Below, one piece after another: positions 9,101-15,100 of a stretch of 15,100 bases of DNA. The first letter of the stretch is position 1, and each line of letters opens with the position of its first letter. The notes below the pieces were generated by a model, which searched no databases, was not told the origin of the DNA, and saw only the letters and a program-made list of their open reading frames with translations. The position numbers and the translations under genes are program-made. The stretch spans positions 86,998 through 102,097 of the forward strand of contig NZ_CBDBYJ010000003.1 in assembly GCF_965212735.1 (NCBI RefSeq), in the 5' to 3' direction. Origin of the DNA: Mycoplasma todarodis (GTDB lineage Bacteria > Bacillota_I > Bacilli_A > Mycoplasmatales > Metamycoplasmataceae).

Positions 9101-9954
9101 GGGTCTGTAAATGATGCAGTAAGACCTTGATCGTTATCAAATACGATTTTATATTCTTTACTTGTTTGAATATTTTCAAGTTTAAATGCTGCGCTTAGTT
9201 TTGGATCTTTGTTGATATTTTCAATAAATATTTTTAGCATCTCCTTTTCAGTCATTTCTTTTGAAGGAGCAGAACCTTTGAAGATTACTAATTTATCTAC
9301 ATTTTTATCATTATCAAATGTGTCGACTATTTTATATTGATTCTTACCTGAGTTAATATAAATAGACTCCACGTTTTTAATACCGTCTTTTGCAAAATAT
9401 TTACCATAGTGTTTTTTCGTATCGTCGACAAATACTTTTGATTTTGTCTCAGAAACATACTCATTAATCGCTGTTTCACCAGCTTCTAATAATTTCTTAA
9501 CTTCGGGAATTGCAGCAATAGCTTTAACATCATTTATATCCGCTGTTAATACCTCGATATTATCAACATTATATTTCTTGAATATCTTGTTTATATTAGC
9601 ATCATTTGTAACGTCGCTATTACTTGTTTTTAGTGCTTGTTTGTATGATTTTGTAATTGAACCTCAGTTTATTTTTAGAGAAATTGAGGTGTTTGCTTTC
9701 TTTGTTGGATTTTTCATTGGTTTAGCTACAAATGTCAATCCACTTTGACCATCTATTGTATATTTTTCATTAACCGTAAAGTCATGCAATTGACCAGCAT
9801 TAATAACTTGATCATATGAAGAGTCAAAAGCCCATGATGTCGATGACAACATAGTAAATACTGCAATTGATAGAAATACTGTAAGCGATAACAGTATCAT
9901 AGCTAGTTTGGAACCCAAGAAAGATTTAAATGAGTTCTTAAAAAGTTTGTTCAT
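6187..9954 (-). CDS. ABC transporter permease, fused double FtsX/MacB-type (1255 aa, ~8 TM, two large extracytoplasmic domains)
   Basis: Fragments 9664..9954, 8659..9372, 7843..8049, 6898..7182, 6628..6897 and 6295..6567 share one frame. I hand-translated all gaps and found only TGA, no TAA/TAG; there are 15 in-frame TGA in total. N-terminal TM LAMILLSLTVFLSIAVFTMLSS. FtsX-like modules around SKRKILGTLLANGYSKNEIAW and ISTMKVLGYRNKEIRRMFF. MacB-periplasmic-core-like stretches: AVITDGFAKEHNI...YIITGIGTTPDF and VIPIIINTYFQKAYGIDEGDIIDVKI...ARAMVIGVQES. Confidence 0.85.
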
Positions 9955-9955
9955 A

Positions 9956-10912
9956 TTAAATCTCCTTTAATGTCATAGCATCAACAGGTGTTTGTTCCGC
10001 TACCTTTTGTACTTTCCCATCTTTAACGTGAATAACCTTGTTTGCAAGTTGTGCAACATTAGGGTTATGTGTAACAACGATAACTGTTGTTTTGTTTTTC
10101 TTATTAATTTCTTGGAATAATTGGAAAACCTTAAGCGAAGTATGTGTGTCTAAAGCACCTGTTGGTTCATCACCAATCAGGATGTCGGGTGTTTTAGCAA
10201 GAGCTCTAGCAATAGAAACCCTTTGTTGTTGTCCCCCAGATAATTCATAAGTTCTCTTTTTAGACTGCGGTTCCATCTCTAGTTGATTTAGTATTTCTTC
10301 AACACTTTGACGTTTATGTGCGTCTTTTTGTAAAGATCTACCAACCTCAACATTATCACTAACATTAAGTGAAGGAAGTAAGTTATATGATTGGAAAACA
10401 AATCCAACATGGTCTCTTCTAAATCTAGTAAGTTCAACATCTTTTAAGGCAGAAAGATTTCTGTCAGCTACAACAACATCTCCTGATGTAGGTCTATCTA
10501 AACCTGAGATGATGTTAAGCAGTGTTGTTTTACCCGATCCAGATGGTCCAAGGATTACAACGAAATCACCCTTCTGAATTGAAAGGGATGTTGATTGTAG
10601 AGCGATAAATTTAAGAGTTTTAGTTGTATAAACTTTCTTTACATAAGATAAATCGATAATATTACCTTTAATGTTTTTTAAGTTTCTAGCACCTTTAGGT
10701 CTTTTGTTTTCTTGGTTAATAAATTTAATATCTTTTTTATCTTGGATTTCTTGATGTCTTTCTTCAGACTTTAATCTTCTTCTATTAACTTTTACTTCTT
10801 GTGTATGTTCTTTAACTTCACGTTTCATGATTCTTAGTTTTAAACGTTCAGCTCTTGATGGTTTTTTTGTTTCCTCTTGTTTTTGAGTGTTTTTATTTTG
10901 GTTCTTTTTCAT
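9956..10912 (-). CDS. ABC transporter ATP-binding protein (MacB/LolD-like) with 84-aa charged N-terminal extension (318 aa)
   Basis: Single uninterrupted ORF. Walker A GPSGSGKTT, Q-loop FVFQSYNL, signature LSGGQQQR, Walker B ILIGDEPTGALD, H-loop VTHN. SD aaggagg 9 nt before the ATG. Its stop lies 1 nt from the permease ATG (9954). Confidence 0.95.
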   Translation of the reverse strand: MKKNQNKNTQKQEETKKPSRAERLKLRIMKREVKEHTQEVKVNRRRLKSEERHQEIQDKKDIKFINQENKRPKGARNLKNIKGNIIDLSYVKKVYTTKTLKFIALQSTSLSIQKGDFVVILGPSGSGKTTLLNIISGLDRPTSGDVVVADRNLSALKDVELTRFRRDHVGFVFQSYNLLPSLNVSDNVEVGRSLQKDAHKRQSVEEILNQLEMEPQSKKRTYELSGGQQQRVSIARALAKTPDILIGDEPTGALDTHTSLKVFQLFQEINKKNKTTVIVVTHNPNVAQLANKVIHVKDGKVQKVAEQTPVDAMTLKEI

Positions 10913-10959
10913 AATTAGAAACCTCCTTGTTTTTTAGTCTTTTAAAAAAGTCAAGGAAA

Positions 10960-11325
10960 TTACTCTAGTGTAAGTGGGAATTCAGAATAGAAACGATTTA
11001 CATATGTACTTTCATTACAATCTGAATATTCAACTTTTTCAATAATATTAAGAGTTAAAACGAACGCAACAAAATCTGCAATCACTGTTGCATCTTTAAG
11101 ATTAATCTTCTCATTAAAGTCAAAGTTAACAATTACTTTCGCTAATTCTTTAACTTCTTTTTTAGAATAATCATATTCATCGTGTAACTTGATCACTCTT
11201 CACATTAGTTTGTATAGTTTTCTAACGCTTAGATACTGAACAAGTTCTATGTCGATAAATAAACCCGTTAAAAGTCTTTTTAACTTCTTATATAGGGCCT
11301 TTTTATCTCTTTTCTTAATATTCAT
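10960..11325 (-). CDS. Hypothetical 121-aa soluble protein (orphan), first gene of the ABC unit
   Basis: Track ORF 10960..11196 extends upstream through TGA 11200-11202 to ATG 11325-11323, with an in-frame TAA just upstream at 11335-11337. Sequence: MNIKKRDKKALYKKLKRLLTGLFIDIELVQYLSVRKLYKLMWRVIKLHDEYDYSKKEVKELAKVIVNFDFNEKINLKDATVIADFVAFVLTLNIIEKVEYSDCNESTYVNRFYSEFPLTLE. Basic N-terminus, no signal peptide, no motif I recognise. Confidence 0.6.
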
Positions 11326-11331
11326 ATAAGT

Positions 11332-11337
11332 ATTTTA
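11332..11337 (-). promoter_or_regulatory. -10 box TAAAAT exactly 6 nt upstream of the orphan-gene ATG
   Basis: Minus strand reads tagggTAAAATacttatATG. No SD. Lies downstream of terminator 11381-11405. Confidence 0.4.
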
Positions 11338-11380
11338 CCCTATTTACATTAAATAAGTATTTAATGAGTGATTTTGCAAT

Positions 11381-11405
11381 AAAAAAATGAGAACATTTCT
11401 CATTT
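11381..11405 (-). terminator. Rho-independent terminator of the 274-aa lipoprotein gene
   Basis: 9-bp stem aaatgagaa (11385-11393) / cat / ttctcattt (11397-11405). On the minus transcript the stem runs into a U-tract (plus A-run 11381-11387). Confidence 0.75.
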
Positions 11406-11411
11406 AATATT

Positions 11412-12236
11412 TTAGTACATATTCATTATTGAAAGAACTCATTGAGCCTCAAAGTTGTTACCTTCTTCTACAAATTCTTTTGAACTAAGACCTTGCATGT
11501 TTGGTCTGTTTTTCTTAAGATCGTATTTTTCACCTGGTTTCGCAATTTCTATAACTGGTTTAGCTAAATCAAGATCTCCTTTTGGTAGAATAAATTCTTT
11601 ACCTTTAATTCATTCTGCATAAATATCTGAATCTATAAATTCTAATGCTAACTTGTGATAAGCTCTTAACATTGATTTATATGCTTCAAATCCACCTTTT
11701 GGTAAGTTAGCAAATCCTTGTAATTTTGTACCAAACGTAATTCCTTGACTTGACTGTGCAGCAACATAAACGGCCATCGCTGGATTATCAGCTAACATTA
11801 ATTTTATTACACTTTTTTCTTCAACTTTATCAAACCCCAATGCAATAGCGGCATTAGCATCGTTTATTGTTTTGTTTAATTCTGATAAATCTCAAACAAC
11901 AACTTTATCTTTAAATTTTAATTTAATAAATTTGGCATCAGTCTTAATTTTACCCATGTATGATTTGATTTTTTCAAAAGTGGCTTCTTTATCTTTTGGA
12001 TTTATAGTACCAATGATGGATGCTTTTTCTGGCATGTAGTTATTTAATGTTTCATTTATTTTAGAAAATAGCTCTGCCGGTGTTTTCATTTCTTCGACAT
12101 TTATTGTTACAGTACCTTTTTCATCTGCTTTATTTGTATCTTTCTTACCACAAGAAATAACTGTGGCTACAGGGACAGCAACTACCGCAACAGCAGCTAA
12201 TGCACCTAATGATATTTGTTTTTTTGATATATTCAT
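11412..12236 (-). CDS. Lipoprotein, function unknown (274 aa)
   Basis: Fragments 11610..11840 and 11892..12236 are in frame. Hand translation joins them via TGA 11892-11894 and extends through TGA 11610-11612 and 11439-11441 to TAA 11412-11414. Signal peptide plus lipobox: MNISKKQISLGALAAVAVVAVPVATVISCGKK. SD aggagg (plus cctcct 12242-12247). Confidence 0.8.
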
Positions 12237-12285
12237 ATATACCTCCTATTTAAAATGACAGCTTAATTCGCTATTCATCTTTTCA

Positions 12286-12291
12286 ATTTTA
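12286..12291 (-). promoter_or_regulatory. -10 box TAAAAT upstream of the 274-aa lipoprotein gene (a second TATAAT lies at 12300-12305)
   Basis: Minus strand reads tttataatgtataaggTAAAATtgaaaag...aggaggtatatATG. Shares a 14-nt core with the box at 6131-6144. Confidence 0.4.
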
Positions 12292-12311
12292 CCTTATACA
12301 TTATAAAGAAA

Positions 12312-12980
12312 CTAACTTTTTTTAATTGTAGCTCACATTCTCGGATACCCTTTTGGTGTAGGTTTTTCCTTTAAATACACTATTAAATTGTTATTTTTGT
12401 TCTCAGAAATAACTTCTTTTCTTTTTGCTCAAATTCCAAATTTTTTAGCTGTTTGTACCGCTTCTTCGATTTCGATATGAGCTTTTGGACCCTTCACGAA
12501 TACAAATAAACCATTCACTTTACCAACGTGATGTGATGCTTCTAATAGATGTTTAAATTTGACAACCGCTCTAGCTGTAACGATATCAAATCTTTCAACT
12601 TCTTTTGAGTCTTCAACACGTATTTTTTGAACTTCAACACCCAAGTTTAATTCATCAGAAACTTTATTTAAGAAGTCTACTCTTTTACCCATTGGTTCAT
12701 AGATTACTAAATCCATTTCCGGATGTGCAATAGCATAGGGTATTGACGGGAACCCTGCACCTGCTCCTATATCTAACATTAATTTACCTTTTGAATCTTT
12801 AATACCTGTTTCAAGAGCAATAATTGATTCGTATATACCTTCTTCTCACAATCTGTCTTCTGTAAATCCAGTTAAATTCATGTGCTTATTTGTTTCTTCA
12901 ATCATGTCAACATATTGACATAATTTATTGAATATTTCTTCGTTATTTATATGTGATTTTGTTTTTTCTTTAAATGTCAT
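12312..12980 (-). CDS. rsmG: 16S rRNA (guanine527-N7)-methyltransferase RsmG/GidB (222 aa)
   Basis: Track ORF 12429..12779 extends both ways through TGA (12429-12431, 12333-12335, and one upstream in ...EDRLWEEG...) to ATG 12980 and TAG 12312-12314. SAM-binding LDIGAGAGFPSIP, DIVTARAV, and a C-terminal ...KPTPKGYPRMWATIKKS tail typical of the family. Confidence 0.9.
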
Positions 12981-12986
12981 AAAAAC

Positions 12987-12992
12987 ATTATA
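12987..12992 (-). promoter_or_regulatory. -10 box TATAAT exactly 6 nt upstream of the rsmG ATG
   Basis: Minus strand reads cttttTATAATgtttttATG. No SD. The box sits in the U-tract of the upstream terminator. Confidence 0.45.
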
Positions 12993-13014
12993 AAAGAAAA
13001 GTCCTAAAAGGACT
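12993..13014 (-). terminator. Rho-independent terminator of the 411-aa lipoprotein gene
   Basis: agtcct (13000-13005) / aaa / aggact (13009-13014). On the minus transcript it is followed by UUUCUUUU. Starts 3 nt after stop codon 13018-13020. Confidence 0.65.
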
Positions 13015-13017
13015 AAT

Positions 13018-14253
13018 CTAGTTACTTGGTTTAACTCTAAAAAGAGTGGCCATAAATGTGTTTGCTATATTTTCAACTTCACCATCTCTAAATCTATTAT
13101 CTTTTAGTCATTCTTTAAATAAATTATCTTGCATCATAGACTTAAAAATATTTCCGTAACCAACAGCAAGTTCTGGAATGAAGTTTAATGCTGGTTCATC
13201 TTTCTTCATTGGTCCAATCATTGTAAGCAGTCTTGTTGTTGTTGTATCTATAGTAACCACACTTTTAAACTCATCCGCAAACGCCTGAGCTATTTTATTT
13301 TTTGTAAATATAGAAGCATCAGCAAATTCATCGTCGTCTAATATAGAATTTGATTTGTATTTATCTAATAATTTCTTCCCATTTTCAATTAATGCACTTA
13401 GATTTATCTTACCTTTATTTCCTCCAATTACAGAGTTCATATTAGTTAAATCGATTGTGTTGGAAGAGTTCTTATATTTTATAACCAATTTGTTTACACC
13501 TGCTTTACTTGCAGTATCTAAAGATTTTCAAATATCTGCCATTGTTAATGGATTTACGTTATTGTCTTTCTTTAAAGAAACATATCTTGTTGGATCATCA
13601 CTGAATAAATATCCTAATGATTTAGCTATTTTAAATACCAATTCATTTAAGTGATATTTATTATTCATGTAGTCAAGTGATTCTAAATTAATATTTATTG
13701 TTTGTCCCGTTAGCGAAACCATATTATCAAATTCTTTCGAAACCTTAGTAGCTGGTTCAAATCAATTCATTCAAATTCCTCTCCTGAAGTTGTTTTGAAT
13801 TTTTTTTGTAAAAACCCCTTTATTCCCTATTTCAAAACCAGGTTTATTTAATTTAATTTTTAAACGCACCTCGTCATCTATAGATAAATCACTTGTTAGG
13901 GGTAATTTTGTCTTGGGATCTACTTTAACAGGTTCAAATGCTGCAGCATTTCCTTTTTTATAATATTTAACAAAATACTCATATGTTGCTCCAGCTTCTT
14001 TTAAAAGTGTCATTTTGTTTGGTGATGCCAATAATTTAAATGAGGCTTGACCATCAATAGGATCTTTACCATTTTGACCAATGATACGTAAATCCTCAGC
14101 ATGTACATCTATTTTTTTACTTTGACCATTAATAGCATCATTAATATTGTTGTTAATCTTGTTTGAATCGCCACAAGAAACTACAGCAACAACAGGTGTT
14201 GCAGCCACTAGCAATGTTGATGATGTAAGCAATAGTTTACGTTTTAATTTCAT
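13018..14253 (-). CDS. Lipoprotein, function unknown (411 aa)
   Basis: Fragments 13108..13488, 13528..13722 and 13771..14259 share a frame. The gaps contain only TGA (13108, 13528, 13762, 13771). TAG stop 13018-13020. Start taken at ATG 14253 (MKLKRKLLLTSSTLLVAATPVVAVVSCGDS, lipobox VVSC), because the track's GTG 14259 falls inside the SD aggtg. Confidence 0.8.
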
Positions 14254-14275
14254 AGGCACCTACTTTTCTTTGTCT

Positions 14276-14284
14276 ATTATAACA
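14276..14284 (-). promoter_or_regulatory. Extended -10 promoter TGtTATAAT for the 411-aa lipoprotein gene
   Basis: Plus attataaca 14276-14284 = minus TGTTATAAT, ~22 nt upstream of ATG 14253, with SD aggtg in between. Confidence 0.5.
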
Positions 14285-14298
14285 ATATTGTTAATATT

Positions 14299-14319
14299 AA
14301 AAAAATACCCTTAGGTATT
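14299..14319 (-). terminator. Rho-independent terminator of the deoxynucleoside kinase pair
   Basis: aatacc (14304-14309) / ctta / ggtatt (14314-14319). On the minus transcript it is followed by a U-run (plus A7 14299-14305). Begins 2 nt after stop 14322-14324. Confidence 0.6.
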
Positions 14320-14321
14320 GA

Positions 14322-14951
14322 TTAGATTATTTTTGCTTCTTTTAGAATTGCATCCGTTGCTTCTTTAACTTGCTCTTGATTCATTTTATCAGTATCAATA
14401 AAGGCTGAATCGATATCATATCTATTAAAGATTTTTTTCATTATTGTTTCATAAGTTTGGATGTGTTCTTTTCAGAATTCTTCATTTTCTTTGAATGAAT
14501 TAATCTCAACTTTTCTATTTCTAGTAAAGATTCTTTCTTTGAAAACTTCTCATGAACATGTAAGAACGATGTATTTTTTAGGGTAACCATATTCCTCAAG
14601 TAAGAATTTGATTGTCTTGTCTAAATACTCTTCAAATAAGTCGTATCTTTTTTCTTTAAGTTTTGCTCTAGCAAAGATTTCTGTTTCAAAGATTGATCTA
14701 TCTAAAACGTGTAATTCATCTGCGAATGCAAATTTCTTTCACATTTGTTCTCTTCTTTTAGCAAAGAATAGTTGTACAACTTCAGTTGAAACTCTATCTC
14801 CTGAATATGTACCTTTTAAGATTTCTTCTTGAACAACATTACCTTCAATTAGTTCATCAACGTAAGGGTGCCCTAATGAGGCTACAAGTGTTGATTTACC
14901 AACAGCAACTGGTCCACCAACAACGATTAGGTTTGCGTATTTTTTATCCAT
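14322..14951 (-). CDS. Deoxynucleoside kinase (dAK/dGK/dCK family), 209 aa
   Basis: Track ORF 14739..14957 continues through TGA 14739, 14550 and 14472 to TAA 14322-14324 (hand translated). P-loop IVVGGPVAVGKST and the family DRS motif (VLDRSIFE). ATG 14951 is preferred over TTG 14957. SD aaaggaa. Confidence 0.85.
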
Positions 14952-15100
14952 GAGCAATTCCTTTCTTATCTAGTAAGTCTTTAGCTGTTGCTAGAACTTG
15001 ATCTTCATCCATTTCATCCGTATTCATAAACACATGAGGAATGTCATATTCTGTAAAGATTTCTTCCATGAATTTTTGGTAATTATTAATTTGGTATTTA
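14944..15100 (-). CDS. Second deoxynucleoside kinase paralogue, C-terminal 51 codons only (gene continues right of the window)
   Basis: Minus frame is open from 15099 down to TAA 14944-14946: ...YQINNYQKFMEEIFTEYDIPHVFMNTDEMDEDQVLATAKDLLDKKGIAHG*. This aligns with the C-terminus of the downstream kinase (...YETIMKKIFNRYDIDSAFIDTDKMNQEQVKEATDAIL...). Overlaps the next gene by 8 nt (ATGGATAA). Confidence 0.7.
   Translation of the reverse strand, partial: KYQINNYQKFMEEIFTEYDIPHVFMNTDEMDEDQVLATAKDLLDKKGIAHG

Noticed and set aside
10913-10959. Possible hairpin or terminator between the orphan gene and the ATPase (gtcttttaaaaaagtc)
   Set aside because: The two arms form a mirror repeat, not an inverted repeat, so no stem can form. 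The spacer is best read as SD-containing intercistronic sequence.
12219-13807. Homopolymer tracts in lipoprotein genes (A7 at codons 5-6 of the 274-aa gene, 12219-12225; A8 at 13800-13807 in the 411-aa gene) as phase-variation switches
   Set aside because: A7-A8 runs arise everywhere here from AAA Lys codons (e.g. 10862-10868 in the ATPase, 14433-14439 in the kinase). They are shorter than the tracts that typically drive Mycoplasma phase variation. Worth checking only if strain-to-strain length variation is seen.
10038-14832. Plus-strand ORFs 10038..10250, 13355..13654 and 14608..14832
   Set aside because: They are antisense to the ABC ATPase, the 411-aa lipoprotein and the kinase respectively. 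No independent start signals.
602-15100. Reading the many short fragments as pseudogenes or frameshifted gene remnants
   Set aside because: All interruptions are TGA only, frames never shift, and catalytic motifs are intact. A genetic-code explanation is far more economical than more than 40 independent nonsense mutations that all produce the same stop codon.

Overview
AT-rich, almost fully coding chromosomal segment that only makes sense under genetic code 4 (UGA = Trp), so it comes from a Mollicute (Mycoplasma/Mesoplasma/Spiroplasma-like). The supplied standard-code ORF track is fragmented. Every real minus-strand fragment joins its neighbours in frame through TGA codons; I hand-translated the gaps and found no TAA or TAG. 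This gives 2 plus-strand genes at the left edge, then 13 minus-strand genes. Left to right: 3' end of an unknown gene (+) and a HIT hydrolase (+). Then on the minus strand: three tandem Cof-type HAD phosphatase paralogues (a ~910-bp triplicated cassette), lysS, a 463-aa DUF368/PopT-like membrane protein overlapping lysS by TAATG, and a 1255-aa double-FtsX/MacB-type ABC permease. These are followed by its ATPase (which has an 84-aa highly charged N-terminal extension), a 121-aa orphan, a 274-aa lipoprotein, rsmG, a 411-aa lipoprotein, and two overlapping deoxynucleoside kinase paralogues. Short hairpin plus U-run terminators and -10 boxes account for essentially all intergenic DNA. I saw no rRNA, tRNA, CRISPR array, transposase, integrase or obvious defence genes. 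I cannot point to a clear-cut new system. The best candidates for follow-up are: (1) the orphan + extended ATPase + giant pseudo-dimeric permease module of unknown substrate; (2) a polyprenyl-phosphate-translocase-like protein with long extra tails in a presumably wall-less organism, translationally coupled to lysS; (3) a recurrent leaderless-mRNA layout (-10 hexamer exactly 6 nt before ATG); (4) the triplicated HAD cassette with stop-codon-in-stem terminators and a possible gene-conversion tract. All family assignments rest on motifs read by eye, not on database searches.
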